Of a stretch of DNA of 64,000 nucleotides, positions 43,579 to 54,210 are shown piece by piece. This DNA comes from an uncultured Acidimicrobiia bacterium. Lineage in GTDB: Bacteria > Actinomycetota > Acidimicrobiia > Acidimicrobiales > CAIXPF01. The notes below the pieces were generated by a model that was not told the origin of the DNA, did not search any database, and saw nothing but the letters and a program-made list of their open reading frames with translations. The translations under genes and the position numbers were made by a program. Each line of letters opens with the position of its first letter. The first letter of the stretch is position 1. The stretch spans positions 26,657 through 90,656 of the forward strand of contig CAIXPF010000205.1 in NCBI GenBank assembly GCA_903921205.1, read 5' to 3'.

Positions 43579-46311
43579 ATGGCGACGCTGCTGCTGATCG
43601 ACGGGAATTCGCTGACCTACCGGGCGTTCTTCGCCCTGCCCGCCGACATGGCCACGGCGTCGGGCCAGGTCACCAACGCCGTGTACGGGTTCACCTCGAT
43701 GCTGATCAACCTGCTGCGGGATCACCGTCCCGACCAGGTGGCGGTGTGCTTCGACCGGCCCGAACCGACCTTCCGGCACCAGGCCATCCCCACCTACAAG
43801 GCCGGACGGGCCGAGGCGCCGGACATCCTGCGCCAGCAGCTCGGGCTGGTGCGCCAGGTCGTCGAGGTGCTGCACCTGCCGGTGCTGGAGCTGTCCGGGT
43901 TCGAGGCCGACGACCTGATCGCCACCCTGGCAACACGTAGTCGAGACCGTGGCGATGACGTGATCGTGGTCACCGGCGACCGCGATGCCTATCAGCTGGT
44001 CGAGGACCCCCACATCAAGGTGCTCTACAACCGCCGTGGGGTGTCCGACTACGCGTTCTACGACGAGGCGGGCATTCTCGAGCGCACCGGGGTGACCCCG
44101 ACGCTGTACACCCAGTACGCGGCCCTGCGCGGCGATCCCTCCGACAACCTGCCCGGGGTACCCGGGGTCGGCGAGAAGACGGCGGCCAAGCTGATCAACG
44201 CCTACGGCGGGCTCGACGGGATCTTCGCCAACCTCGACAAGCAGACCCCGAAGCTGCGCGAAAACCTCGCCGCCCACGAGGCGACGGTGCGCCACCACGC
44301 CGAGATCATGGTGCTGCGGCGCGACGCCCCCGTCGAGGTCGATCCGGACTCGCTGCACATCGGGCCCATCGACTGGCCGGCGGTTCGTCATCTGTTCGAG
44401 TTCCTGGAGTTCCGCACGCTCGGTGATCGTCTGGCCGAGGCACTCGCGGCGACCCCGGCCGTGGGTGGCGCCCCTGGCGAGGTCGCCCCCGCCGCGGTGG
44501 CCCGGGAGGTGCTCGAGGCCGAGGTCGTACGCCCCGACGGCATCGACGAGACCGTGCACGTGCTCGACCGGCTGCGTGCCGGAGACACCCTGCTGGCGCT
44601 GGCCGGTGGGTTCAGCCGGCCCGGCGACAAGGGCGAGTTCACGGGCCTGGCCCTCGTCAGCGATCCCGACACCAGTGAGGTGACCTGGGTCGAGGCGGCC
44701 TCGTTCGGTGATCAGCGGGTCGCTGCCGCCGTACGGGCGCTCGTCGGTCCCGGGGGTCGCGCCCTTGCCGCCCACGGGGCCAAGGCTGCGATGCGGGCCC
44801 TGCTCGGGCTCGGGATCGACGTCACCGGGCTGGGTCTCGACACCCGGATCGCCGCGTACCTGCTCGACCCGGCGGAGTCGCGCTACGACCTCGGTGACCT
44901 GCTCGACCGCTACGCCGACGTCGAGCTGGCCAGCGATCCCGATCCCGTCGCGGCCAAGCCGAAGGCCACCCAGGGCCAGTTCGACTTCGATGCCTCGGCC
45001 GACACCGTCGATCCCGCTGCGGCAGTGTGTCGCGCTGCATTGGCCACCTCCCGACTGGTGTCGCCGTTGCTCGCCGCACTCGACGCACAATCACTGCGGG
45101 TACTCAACGACACCATCGAGGTGCCGTTGGTGCGGGTGCTCGCCCTGATGGAACATGCCGGTATCGGCGTCGACCGGGCAGAGTTGGAACGGCTGAACCG
45201 GGAGCTGTCCGAGGAGGCGTCGGCGCTGACCTCGGCCATTTGCGAGGACGCCGGTCACGAGTTCAACGTCAACTCCACCCTGCAGCTGCGCCAGGTCCTC
45301 TACGAGGAACTCGGGCTGGCCCCGGGCAAGAAGACCAAGACCGGGTTCTCCACCGATGCGGCGACCCTCGAGAAGCTGGTCGGGCAGCATCCGATCATCG
45401 ACCACCTGCTGCGCTACCGCGAGGTCGAGAAGCTCCGCTCGACCTACGGAGAGGGCCTGTTGATGGAGGTGGCCGACGACGACCGCATCCACGCCACGTT
45501 CAACCAGACCGTCGCCCGGACCGGCCGCCTCAGCTCCGAGGAACCGAACCTGCACAACATCCCGGTCCGTTCCGAGCTCGGCCGGAACTTCCGCAAGGCC
45601 TTCGTGGCGGCCCCGGGATGCGAGCTGTGCGTCGCCGACTACAACCAGATCGAGCTGCGCTGCATCGCCCATCTGGCCTCCGACCCCGGCTTGATCGAGG
45701 CGTTCGAGGCTCGTCGGGACATCCACAACGCAACGGCGTCCCGGGTGTTCGGGGTGGCCCCGGATGCGGTCACGCTGGAGCAGCGATCGAAGGCGAAGAT
45801 GGTGTCCTACGGCCTGGCCTACGGGATGGAGGCCTACGGTCTCGCGCAGCGGCTCAACATCCCGACCGCCGAGGCCTCGGAGATCCTCGACGCGTACTTC
45901 GTGGCCTTCCCGGCGGTGAAGGACTACATGGAACGCACGGTGCACGAGGCCCGCCAGCGTGGCTACACCGAGACGCTGTTCGGGCGCCGCCGCCAGATCC
46001 CCGAGCTGTCCTCGCCGAACTTCCGGATCCGTCAGGCCGGCGAGCGCCAGGCGATGAACGCCGGCATCCAGGGTCTGGCAGCCGACATCTTCAAGGTGGC
46101 GCTGGTGCGCCTTGCGGCGTCGCTCGAGGAGCAGGGAGTGGCGAGCCGCATCGTGCTGCAGGTCCACGACGAGATCATCGTGGAGGTGCCGCCCGAGGAG
46201 CACGAGATGATCGCGGCTCTGGTCCCCTCGGTGATGGGCGCGGCCTTCGCCCTGTCCGTCCCGCTCGAGGTGAACCTGTCCTTCGGGCGCACCTGGGCCG
46301 ACGCCAAGTGA
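43579..46311 (+). CDS. polA: DNA polymerase I
   Basis: 910 aa with an N-terminal 5'-3' exonuclease domain (LLLIDGNSLTYRAFFAL) and a C-terminal pol A family domain (ADYNQIELR, SKAKMVSYGLAYGM, QVHDEIIVE). Confidence 0.95.
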   Translation: MATLLLIDGNSLTYRAFFALPADMATASGQVTNAVYGFTSMLINLLRDHRPDQVAVCFDRPEPTFRHQAIPTYKAGRAEAPDILRQQLGLVRQVVEVLHLPVLELSGFEADDLIATLATRSRDRGDDVIVVTGDRDAYQLVEDPHIKVLYNRRGVSDYAFYDEAGILERTGVTPTLYTQYAALRGDPSDNLPGVPGVGEKTAAKLINAYGGLDGIFANLDKQTPKLRENLAAHEATVRHHAEIMVLRRDAPVEVDPDSLHIGPIDWPAVRHLFEFLEFRTLGDRLAEALAATPAVGGAPGEVAPAAVAREVLEAEVVRPDGIDETVHVLDRLRAGDTLLALAGGFSRPGDKGEFTGLALVSDPDTSEVTWVEAASFGDQRVAAAVRALVGPGGRALAAHGAKAAMRALLGLGIDVTGLGLDTRIAAYLLDPAESRYDLGDLLDRYADVELASDPDPVAAKPKATQGQFDFDASADTVDPAAAVCRAALATSRLVSPLLAALDAQSLRVLNDTIEVPLVRVLALMEHAGIGVDRAELERLNRELSEEASALTSAICEDAGHEFNVNSTLQLRQVLYEELGLAPGKKTKTGFSTDAATLEKLVGQHPIIDHLLRYREVEKLRSTYGEGLLMEVADDDRIHATFNQTVARTGRLSSEEPNLHNIPVRSELGRNFRKAFVAAPGCELCVADYNQIELRCIAHLASDPGLIEAFEARRDIHNATASRVFGVAPDAVTLEQRSKAKMVSYGLAYGMEAYGLAQRLNIPTAEASEILDAYFVAFPAVKDYMERTVHEARQRGYTETLFGRRRQIPELSSPNFRIRQAGERQAMNAGIQGLAADIFKVALVRLAASLEEQGVASRIVLQVHDEIIVEVPPEEHEMIAALVPSVMGAAFALSVPLEVNLSFGRTWADAK

Positions 46312-46324
46312 ACCGGGGCGGCTG

Positions 46325-47044
46325 ATGCCATCGACGCCCGCCCACTGGTTCGAGCCCATTGCCGAGCATCTTGGCTCTGCCTACCTCCGCTACTCCTTCA
46401 CGATGGGCACCGAGCAGGAGGTGGACTTCCTCGTGGGCGCACTCGGGCTGCGGCCGGGTCAGCGGGTGCTCGACGTCGGCTGCGGCCCGGGACGGCACCT
46501 CCACGCTCTGCGCCGTCGTGGCGTGGACGCCGTCGGTGTCGACATCTCGGCCCGTTTCGCCCAGCTTGCCGCGCCGCACGCCCTGCGCGGCGATGCCCGT
46601 GAGCTGCCCTTGCGCAGCGAGTCGGTCGACGCGGCGATTTCGTTGTGCCAGGGCGGGTTCGGTCTGCCCGATCCGGCCAGGGCGTTGCAGGACGACCTCG
46701 CCGTGGTCACCGAGATGGCCCGGGTGCTGCGTCCCGGGGGCAGGCTGGCCCTCAGCGCGTTCTCGGCCTACTTCCAGGTCCGGCACCTCGAGGACGACCG
46801 GGACAGCTTCGACGCCGGTACCGGCGTGAACCACGAGCACACCGAGGTCCGTTCCGAATCGGGCCGGACCCAGGCCGTCGAGCTGTGGACGGCCTGCTAC
46901 ACGCCCCGTGAGCTGCGCCTGCTGTGCAGTTCGGCCGGCCTCGACGTCGACGCGATCTGGTCGGTCACACCAGGTGACTACGCCGCCCGCCCGCCGACGG
47001 TCGAACTGCATGAGTTCCTGGTCATCGCCACCCGGCCGCGATGA
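46325..47044 (+). CDS. Class I SAM-dependent methyltransferase
   Basis: 239 aa with motif I VLDVGCGPGRH and a later LRPGGRLAL. Confidence 0.75.
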   Translation: MPSTPAHWFEPIAEHLGSAYLRYSFTMGTEQEVDFLVGALGLRPGQRVLDVGCGPGRHLHALRRRGVDAVGVDISARFAQLAAPHALRGDARELPLRSESVDAAISLCQGGFGLPDPARALQDDLAVVTEMARVLRPGGRLALSAFSAYFQVRHLEDDRDSFDAGTGVNHEHTEVRSESGRTQAVELWTACYTPRELRLLCSSAGLDVDAIWSVTPGDYAARPPTVELHEFLVIATRPR

Positions 47045-47176
47045 GCGGGTCGGCCGCCGGATGGCGGGGAGGCTCCGGCCCGCCAGGGACTTGCCCGTGC
47101 TGCTAGCCTCTGCAGGTGCGATGGGTATCCCCGTCGTAGTGGTGTCCCATCCCTCGAACAGAAGCCAACTCACATC

Positions 47177-48553
47177 GTGACCGAGCAGACCATCGACCGG
47201 CCCGACGCGGCCGCTCAATCCGCCGGCGGCCCCGCCGGCATGGGTACTTTCGACGACAGCGGCGAGTACCACCCCCGGCAGGTGACCGAGAACGACCTCG
47301 CCGGCATGTCCATGGAGGACGCCTACGCCTCCTCCATGGTCGAAGTCGAGGACGGCCAGATCGTCCAAGGCACCGTCGTCAAGGTCGACCGCGATGAGGT
47401 TCTGCTCGACATCGGCTACAAGTCCGAAGGCGTGATCCCCAGCCGCGAGCTGTCGATCCGCAACGACGTGAACCCGTCCGAGGTGGTCAGCCTCGGTGAG
47501 CACGTCGAGGCCCTCGTCCTGCAGCGTGAGGACAAGGACGGCCGCCTGATCCTGTCCAAGAAGCGTGCGCAGTACGAGCGGGCTTGGGGCCAGATCGAGT
47601 CCATCAAGGAGAACGACGGCTACGTCGCCGGCCCGGTCATCGAGGTCGTCAAGGGTGGTCTCATCATCGACATCGGTCTGCGTGGCTTCCTTCCCGCCTC
47701 GCTGGTCGAGTTGCGCCGGGTCCGCGATCTGCAGCCCTACGTCGGCCAGACGCTCGAGGCCAAGATCATCGAGCTCGACAAGAACCGCAACAACGTGGTG
47801 CTGTCCCGTCGGCTCTTCCTCGAGGAGACCCAGAAGGAACAGCGCGAAGAGTTCCTCGCCAACCTCAAGCCCGGCGAGGTTCGACGGGGCAAGGTCTCCT
47901 CGGTGGTCAACTTCGGTGCGTTCGTCGACCTCGGTGGTATGGACGGACTCATCCACGTGTCCGAGCTGTCCTGGAAGCACGTCGACCATCCGTCGCAGGT
48001 CGTGCAGGTCGGTGACGAGGTCGAGGTACAGGTGCTCGAGGTCGATCTCGACCGCGACCGCATCAGCCTGTCGCTGAAGGCCACCCAGCAGGATCCCTGG
48101 CAGGAGTTCGCCTCCAACCACCGGGTCGGCGAGCTGGTCTACGGCCGGGTCACCAAGCTGGTGCCCTTCGGTGCGTTCGTCCAAGTCGGCGACGGCATCG
48201 AGGGTCTGGTCCACATCTCGGAGATGTCGGCCCACCACGTCGATCTGCCCGAGCAGGTCGTGACCCCGGCCGAAGAGCTGTGGGTCAAGATCATCGACCT
48301 CGACCTGCAGCGCCGCCGGATCAGCCTGTCGATCAAGCAGGCTGCCGAGGGTGGTGTCGTGGCCGCCGAGTACCAGGAGGCGTTCGGCGCCCACATGTAC
48401 GACGACCAGGGCAACTACATCGGCCCGTCCTACGCCGAGGGCGAATACTCCTCCGAGGGCCAGGAGGCCTGGGAGGAGTACTACGCCAGCGGGGAAGAGG
48501 GTGTCGTGGCCGAGGAAGCTGTGGCCGAGGAGGCCGTGGCCGAGGAGGGTTAG
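47177..48553 (+). CDS. rpsA: 30S ribosomal protein S1
   Basis: 458 aa with four S1/OB repeats (for example GTVVKVDRDEVLLDIGYKSEGVIP and GKVSSVVNFGAFVDLGGMDGLIHVSE) and an acidic C-terminal tail. GTG start. Confidence 0.95.
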   Translation: MTEQTIDRPDAAAQSAGGPAGMGTFDDSGEYHPRQVTENDLAGMSMEDAYASSMVEVEDGQIVQGTVVKVDRDEVLLDIGYKSEGVIPSRELSIRNDVNPSEVVSLGEHVEALVLQREDKDGRLILSKKRAQYERAWGQIESIKENDGYVAGPVIEVVKGGLIIDIGLRGFLPASLVELRRVRDLQPYVGQTLEAKIIELDKNRNNVVLSRRLFLEETQKEQREEFLANLKPGEVRRGKVSSVVNFGAFVDLGGMDGLIHVSELSWKHVDHPSQVVQVGDEVEVQVLEVDLDRDRISLSLKATQQDPWQEFASNHRVGELVYGRVTKLVPFGAFVQVGDGIEGLVHISEMSAHHVDLPEQVVTPAEELWVKIIDLDLQRRRISLSIKQAAEGGVVAAEYQEAFGAHMYDDQGNYIGPSYAEGEYSSEGQEAWEEYYASGEEGVVAEEAVAEEAVAEEG

Positions 48554-48594
48554 TGAGGGCTCTCCCTCGCTGACTGCCACGAGCGGAAAACGTT

Positions 48595-48632
48595 CGGTGC
48601 CGGGCCCATTGGGCCCGGCACCGGTGTTTTTC
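48595..48632. terminator. Bidirectional intrinsic terminator (rpsA and the convergent response regulator)
   Basis: A 13-bp stem pairs CGGTGCCGGGCCC with GGGCCCGGCACCG and is followed by GTGTTTTTCG on the plus strand. On the minus strand a GTTTTCC tract follows after a short spacer. Confidence 0.75.
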
Positions 48633-48671
48633 GTTCTGCTCGGCGGCTCGTGCCGGCCGATCAGGGCCCCG

Positions 48672-49349
48672 TCAGACCCGGGGGCGGGTCCGGCGCTCGA
48701 GCTTGATGATGCCCATCCGCACGGCCAGCAGCACGGCCTCGGTGCGGTCACGCACGTTGAGCTTCTGGTAGATCGGGGTGAGGTGGTTCTTGACCGTCTT
48801 CTGCGAGATGGTCAGCGACCGGGCGACCTCGACCGTCGACTTGCCGTTGGCGAACAGCTGCAGGACTTCCTGTTCCCGCTTGGTCAGGATCGGATCGTCG
48901 GGCTGGTTCGAGCCGAAGTAGGAGTCGAGCTGGGCGACCCGGTTGGCGTAGCGGTCGTTCTTGTCCGGACGGGGGAGCATCACCTCGCCACGGGCCAGGG
49001 CCCGGACTGCGTCGGAGATCTCCTTGGTGGAAGCGTTCTTGCAGACGTACGCCATGGCGCCGGCATCGCTGGCAGCCTTGCGCATCTGCTCGTCGTCGTG
49101 GGCGGTGAGCACCATCACCCGGGACTGGGGACGGGCCCGCACGATGCGGCGGATGGCCTCGAGGCCATCGAGCTCGGGCAGCCCGATGTCCATCACGACC
49201 ACGTCAGGGCGGTGCTCGAGGGTCAGGTTGACGGCGGACTTGCCGTCCTCTGCCTCCGCCACGATGCTGAAGCCCTGGTCGAGCAGGCTCGCCTTGAGCC
49301 CCTCGCGGATCAGCGGATGATCATCGGCCAGCAGCAGTCGCAGTGCCAT
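48672..49349 (-). CDS. NarL/FixJ-family response regulator (LuxR-type HTH)
   Basis: The ATG at 49349 is preceded by AAGGAGG. Receiver domain: LLLADDHPLIREGL...VMDIGLPELDG. HTH: LTKREQEVLQLFANGKSTVEVARSLTISQKTVKNHL. There is no adjacent histidine kinase. Confidence 0.85.
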   Translation of the reverse strand: MALRLLLADDHPLIREGLKASLLDQGFSIVAEAEDGKSAVNLTLEHRPDVVVMDIGLPELDGLEAIRRIVRARPQSRVMVLTAHDDEQMRKAASDAGAMAYVCKNASTKEISDAVRALARGEVMLPRPDKNDRYANRVAQLDSYFGSNQPDDPILTKREQEVLQLFANGKSTVEVARSLTISQKTVKNHLTPIYQKLNVRDRTEAVLLAVRMGIIKLERRTRPRV

Positions 49350-49551
49350 CGAACGCCTCCTTGGTCTGTATCCCGAGCGACGCATCCGTGCGTCACCCGC
49401 GGGGCTTGTGGCCCCGGAACGTCATTCGTACCCCGGCATCTACGACGCCCAGGACCGGGACCTTGAGCCTGGGACCCGGTGCGGGACCAGGTTCGTCAGG
49501 GTTGGTGACGCGGCGCGGTGCCGCCGTCCCCCGATCAGGGAATGCCCACCG

Positions 49552-51852
49552 TCAGCGTCGCCGCCGGGACGTGAGTCGTTGGGCCCCCATGGCCACCACC
49601 AACGCCAGGGCAAGTCCGCACAGGAGGCTGCCAAGAGCCAGGTGAGGGGCCTGGAAGCGCAGCTCGAGCCGGTGCGGCCCCGCGGCGGTGGCGACACCGA
49701 GTCCCAGAGGACCCACCGGGACCACCTCGACTGGGGTCCCATCCAACTGGGCCGTCCATCCCGGGTCCCACTGTTCGTCGACGACGACCATGCCGGCCTC
49801 GGGGGCGTCATAGGACACCACCAGGTGTTCGGGAGTCGGGCGTCGCAACACCAGGTCGGACAGCGCGATGGACCCGACCGAGTCGTCCGTGGACGCAGCG
49901 GCGGTACCCCTGCCTGCCGGCTGCAGACGGGCTGCTCCGTGCGCGGCTGGGTTCTCGAACACGGCGTCGTCCCCATCCTCGAATACCGGGTCGCCCCAGG
50001 CCGGAACGGCCTGCTGCGCCGGCCAGGTCGAGCGGTCGAGCAGGACCCAGCGAACGCCGAACCGGGCGAAGGTGTCCGGGTCGAGCGGCAACGCGATCTG
50101 CCCCCTGGCCGGCGCCACCGGGAGGAACGGCCCGTCGGCGAGTGGTGCGAAGGCGTCCGCCCACTGCCGGGTGGCCTGGATGCCACCGTCGTAGCCGTCG
50201 GGTGAGGCCAGTCCGGCCCACACGTTGGCGTTCGGTCGCAACGACGGCAGCAGGGTGGCGAGATCACTCACCTGGTCGCTGGTCAGGGCAAAGACCTTGC
50301 TGCCGGCGCTGTCCCGGTGGTCGCGCAACCAGTTGACCGCCGGTGACGGGGTGGCGCTGATGAGGTCGGGCCCGCTGAGGCCGCGTAGGGCACTGTGGCG
50401 TTGGGCCAGGCCCAACTCGCCCATCAGGAGCAGAGCCAGGACGACGGTGACGGCCGTGGCCCGGCGCACCGGTGCGGTGACGAGCAGCAGGCAGGCCAGA
50501 GCCAAGCCCACCCAGGTTGCGACGGTGGCGGGACCCGGGCCGGCGAAGGGGCCGACGACCGACAGCGTCGCGGCGACCAGTGTCGCACCGGTAACCGCCA
50601 CCCCGGTCCGGCGGGCGATGCGGGACCGTCGCAGCAGGTCGATGCCGATACCCGCCAACAACCCGGTGGCCAGCACTGCGTCGGTCGCCCAACGGGCGGG
50701 GACCCGGGCCTGATCGAAGCCGGGCACCACGGCGAAGAGCAACCGGTAGATGACGAGTCGCGGTCCGACCGCCAGAACCAACCCACCGGCGACGACCAGA
50801 CCCAGGGCACCGACGGTCCACGGCCAACGCAGCGGCGCTCGACGGCGGGTCACGACCAGGGTGAGGACCGCCACTGCGCCCAGCAGCGTCGCCACCACGC
50901 CGACGAAGGTCAGGTTCTCGTACCCGTTGGACGTGGTGGTGTGCAGGGTCTGGAGTGGGTCACCCAGCCAGGTGCCGGGCAGGTACTTGAGCTGTATCGA
51001 GTACGCCGGGTCGGATACCGCGGCCAGGTCGCGCCCGCCGGTGTTCGCCGAACGGGAGGCCAGTTCCGCTGCGGGCAGCAGCTGCGGCATGGCCAGCAGC
51101 ACCCCGAGCACACCGCCGGCCACGACCGGACCGAGGCGACGCCACCAGCGCGGGCCGTGATGATCGACCGCCCGGGCAACGGCCCACACCGCAGCGAGCG
51201 GGAACAGGATGTAGCCCATCTGGGCATGACCGGCGGTGGCGATGGCCGCCACCACCAGTGCCAGCCCGGCGGTGGCCCGGGCGCGGCGGTCGCCGTCGTC
51301 ACCGATCGCCGCGTCGAGCGCGCCGAGCAGCCAGGGTGCCCAGGCCAGGACCAGGATCTGCTCGAAGAACAGGGCCCGGACCATGACCATGCCCGAACCC
51401 ATCACGGCCACCGTGGCCACCAGGCCTGCCGGCGGCAGGAGGCGGAGGCGGCGCCGGGCGAGCCAGTACATCCCGCCCGCGAGCCCCACGAGGTGCAGTG
51501 CTACGAGCAGGCCCCAGGCCCGGTCGGGCTCGGCCCACGCGAACGGCCACTTGAGCGGGTACAGCGACGCAGCGTTGATGTTGCCCACGTTGCTGACCCC
51601 GCCGTAGATGAACGGGTTCCACTGGGCGAGGCGACCGTGGCGTACGGCGTCGAGGGCGAGGGCGAGGTTCGGCCCGGAGTAGGTGACGGTGTCGAAGCCG
51701 GTGACGAAACGACCCGGCTGGATCAACGGCCAGATCACCCAGACGGTGAACAACGCGACACCGCATGCTTCGGCCGCCGTCGCCGGGCACCACGACCTCG
51801 GCGGTGCGGTGGCGGTCGGTTCGGTATCGGTGTCGATGCAGGTCAGAGGCAC
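49552..51852 (-). CDS. Large polytopic membrane protein, YfhO-like/GT-C-like putative glycosyltransferase
   Basis: 766 aa with more than 12 hydrophobic helices followed by a soluble C-terminal domain and a final transmembrane helix. It is divergent from a GT2 polyprenyl-phosphate glycosyltransferase-like gene. The family assignment is tentative. Confidence 0.55.
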   Translation of the reverse strand: MPLTCIDTDTEPTATAPPRSWCPATAAEACGVALFTVWVIWPLIQPGRFVTGFDTVTYSGPNLALALDAVRHGRLAQWNPFIYGGVSNVGNINAASLYPLKWPFAWAEPDRAWGLLVALHLVGLAGGMYWLARRRLRLLPPAGLVATVAVMGSGMVMVRALFFEQILVLAWAPWLLGALDAAIGDDGDRRARATAGLALVVAAIATAGHAQMGYILFPLAAVWAVARAVDHHGPRWWRRLGPVVAGGVLGVLLAMPQLLPAAELASRSANTGGRDLAAVSDPAYSIQLKYLPGTWLGDPLQTLHTTTSNGYENLTFVGVVATLLGAVAVLTLVVTRRRAPLRWPWTVGALGLVVAGGLVLAVGPRLVIYRLLFAVVPGFDQARVPARWATDAVLATGLLAGIGIDLLRRSRIARRTGVAVTGATLVAATLSVVGPFAGPGPATVATWVGLALACLLLVTAPVRRATAVTVVLALLLMGELGLAQRHSALRGLSGPDLISATPSPAVNWLRDHRDSAGSKVFALTSDQVSDLATLLPSLRPNANVWAGLASPDGYDGGIQATRQWADAFAPLADGPFLPVAPARGQIALPLDPDTFARFGVRWVLLDRSTWPAQQAVPAWGDPVFEDGDDAVFENPAAHGAARLQPAGRGTAAASTDDSVGSIALSDLVLRRPTPEHLVVSYDAPEAGMVVVDEQWDPGWTAQLDGTPVEVVPVGPLGLGVATAAGPHRLELRFQAPHLALGSLLCGLALALVVAMGAQRLTSRRRR

Positions 51853-51968
51853 GAACTCTAGCGATCGGGCACGGCGCCGTCGGGGATCGGACCGCGGTCT
51901 CGGGGTGGGCCGCGACCGGTGGGCGGCGGTGGCGTGGCGCGCCGCCGAGGCGCCTAAGCTGAGCCGCC

Positions 51969-53453
51969 GTGGAGCCGAGACTTACCGTCGTGATGCCGGT
52001 CTACAACGAGTTGGCAACCATCGACGAGGTGCTCGAGCGGGTTCTGGCCCAGCCGATCGTGCGGGAGGTGGTGGTCGTCGACGACTGCTCGACCGACGGC
52101 ACACGCGACCGGCTCGCCCGTATCGCCGATCCCCGGGTCGTGGTGCGGTTGCAGCCGTTCAACCAGGGTAAGGGTGCGGCGCTGCGCCGGGGGTTCGCCG
52201 AGGCGACCTCGGACTTCGTGATCGTGCAGGACGCCGACCTCGAGTACGACCCGTCGGACTACGCCGCCGTGCTCGGTCCGTTGCTCGACGGCCGGGCCGA
52301 CGTGGTCTACGGGTCTCGCTTTCTCAGCGGCGGTGCCCACCGCGTCCTCTACTACTGGCATTCGGTCGGCAATCGCATCCTGACGACAGCCTCCAACATC
52401 GTCACCAACCTGAACCTCACCGACATGGAGACCTGTTACAAGGCGTTCCGGCGTGAGGTCATCCAGTCGATCGAGATCTGCGAGGACCGGTTCGGCTTCG
52501 AGCCGGAGATCACCGCCAAGATCGCCGCCGGTGGCTGGCGGGTGTTCGAGGTCGGCGTGTCCTACAACGGGCGGACCTACGCCGAGGGCAAGAAGATCGG
52601 GTGGCGCGACGGGGTGCGGGCGATGTGGTGCATCGGCCGGTACTCCCAGCCGGGCCAGCGGGTCACCCGCCGGGTGCAGCCGGAACCGGCGCCGCTGCCC
52701 TTCGATGCCGCCGACACGGAGATGACCGAGGTCCTGCACTCCCTCGACGGTGCCGACAACTACGCCGACTGGATCGCCTCGCTGATCGAACCGTGGCGAG
52801 GCGAGCAGGTGGTCGAGATCGGAGCCGGTCAGGGCACGATCACCGAGCGACTGGCCCGGCACGGCCGGGTCGTGGCGACCGAGCCCTCGGCGGTGGGCGC
52901 TGCCCGCCTCCAGGAACGCTTCGCCGGCCGCGCCGGGGTCGAGGTCGAACAGGGCGATCTCGACGAGGTCGTCGATCGCCACGATGCCGACACCTTCGTG
53001 CTGGTGAACGTGCTCGAGCACATCCCCGACGATGTGGCGGCCCTGCGCCGTATGCGCGAGCGGCTCGGTCCCGACGGCCGTGTGGTGCTGTTCGTACCGG
53101 CGCTCGAGGCGCTGTACTCGGGTTTCGACGCTCGGGTCGGTCATCACCGCCGCTACAGCCGCGCCACCTTGCGGCGCGCGCTCGCGGCAGCGGGCCTCGA
53201 ACCGGAGACGCTGCACTACGTGAACTCGGCCGGTGCGCTGGCCTGGCTGACCGTGGCACGGCTGCTGGGCAAGGCCCCGACCTCGCGTGGTCCGGCCCTG
53301 ACCTACGACCGGGCCGTGGTGCCGACCTTGCGGGCCATCGAGGCCCGCAAGCTCCCGCCGTTCGGGCAGTCGCTGTTCTGCGTCGCCCGCCCGTCCGCCC
53401 ACGCCCATGCCGAGCCCGCACACCCGTCCGAGCCGGTGGTGGTGCTGCCATGA
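51969..53453 (+). CDS. Fusion of a GT2 glycosyltransferase (DPM1/CsbB-like) and a class I SAM methyltransferase
   Basis: 494 aa. The N-terminal part has [25 protein letters not shown] and GSRF. The C-terminal part has [12 protein letters not shown] and [12 protein letters not shown]...[15 protein letters not shown] start. Confidence 0.75.
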   Translation: MEPRLTVVMPVYNELATIDEVLERVLAQPIVREVVVVDDCSTDGTRDRLARIADPRVVVRLQPFNQGKGAALRRGFAEATSDFVIVQDADLEYDPSDYAAVLGPLLDGRADVVYGSRFLSGGAHRVLYYWHSVGNRILTTASNIVTNLNLTDMETCYKAFRREVIQSIEICEDRFGFEPEITAKIAAGGWRVFEVGVSYNGRTYAEGKKIGWRDGVRAMWCIGRYSQPGQRVTRRVQPEPAPLPFDAADTEMTEVLHSLDGADNYADWIASLIEPWRGEQVVEIGAGQGTITERLARHGRVVATEPSAVGAARLQERFAGRAGVEVEQGDLDEVVDRHDADTFVLVNVLEHIPDDVAALRRMRERLGPDGRVVLFVPALEALYSGFDARVGHHRRYSRATLRRALAAAGLEPETLHYVNSAGALAWLTVARLLGKAPTSRGPALTYDRAVVPTLRAIEARKLPPFGQSLFCVARPSAHAHAEPAHPSEPVVVLP

Positions 53454-53526
53454 TCGGTAGGTCGGATCGACCGGGACGGCAGGGGTCGTTCCGGTGTCTG
53501 CCAACGAGAACGAGGAACGACCCAGG

Positions 53527-54153
53527 ATGAAACTGTTTGCGCTGACCGGAGGAATCGGATCGGGGAAGTCGTCGGTCGCCAACCGTCTCACGGCGTTGGG
53601 CGCGGTAATCGTCGACTCGGACCTCATCGTGCGCGACCTGCAGCAGCCGGGCTCGCCGGTGCTCGCCGCCATGGTCGAACGGTTCGGCCCGTCGATCGTC
53701 GACGAGGGCGGCAACCTGATCCGGCCCGCTGTGGCCTCGATCGTGTTCAACGACAAGGACGCACTGGCCGACCTCGGCAAGATCATGAAGCGGCCGATCC
53801 GGGTCGAGACCGACCGGCAGACGATGGCCGCTGCGGATGCCGGCAAGCCCGTGGTGCAGGACATCCCGCTGTTGGTGGAGACCCTCGAGGGCCGGCCCCC
53901 GTACTCCGGGATCATCGTGGTCGACGTCGATCCCGAACTGGCCGTGTCGCGGCTGATCAGCTTCCGCGGGTTCAGCGAGGACGACGCCCGGGCGCGCATC
54001 GCCAAGCAGTCGACGCGCGAGCAGCGTCTTGCCATCGCCGGGTTCGTCGTCGACAACAGCGGCACCGAGCAGGACCTCGACCGCGAGGTGGCCCGCTGCT
54101 GGGAGTGGATGCAGGCCAGCCCCGAGGTCCCGGTCCCCACCACCGCCGACTGA
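53527..54153 (+). CDS. coaE: Dephospho-CoA kinase
   Basis: The ATG at 53527 gives MKLFALTGGIGSGKSSV (P-loop). About 208 aa. Confidence 0.85.
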   Translation: MKLFALTGGIGSGKSSVANRLTALGAVIVDSDLIVRDLQQPGSPVLAAMVERFGPSIVDEGGNLIRPAVASIVFNDKDALADLGKIMKRPIRVETDRQTMAAADAGKPVVQDIPLLVETLEGRPPYSGIIVVDVDPELAVSRLISFRGFSEDDARARIAKQSTREQRLAIAGFVVDNSGTEQDLDREVARCWEWMQASPEVPVPTTAD

Positions 54154-54210
54154 CCGGAGCGACGGGTAGCGGCACCGGACTGCGGTCGGTGGTGCGGGCC
54201 GCTGCCTAGC

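Noticed and set aside
46175-48751. An 858-aa minus-strand ORF opposite the methyltransferase and rpsA
   Set aside because: It is antisense to the clearly recognisable ribosomal protein S1 gene and is a shadow ORF.
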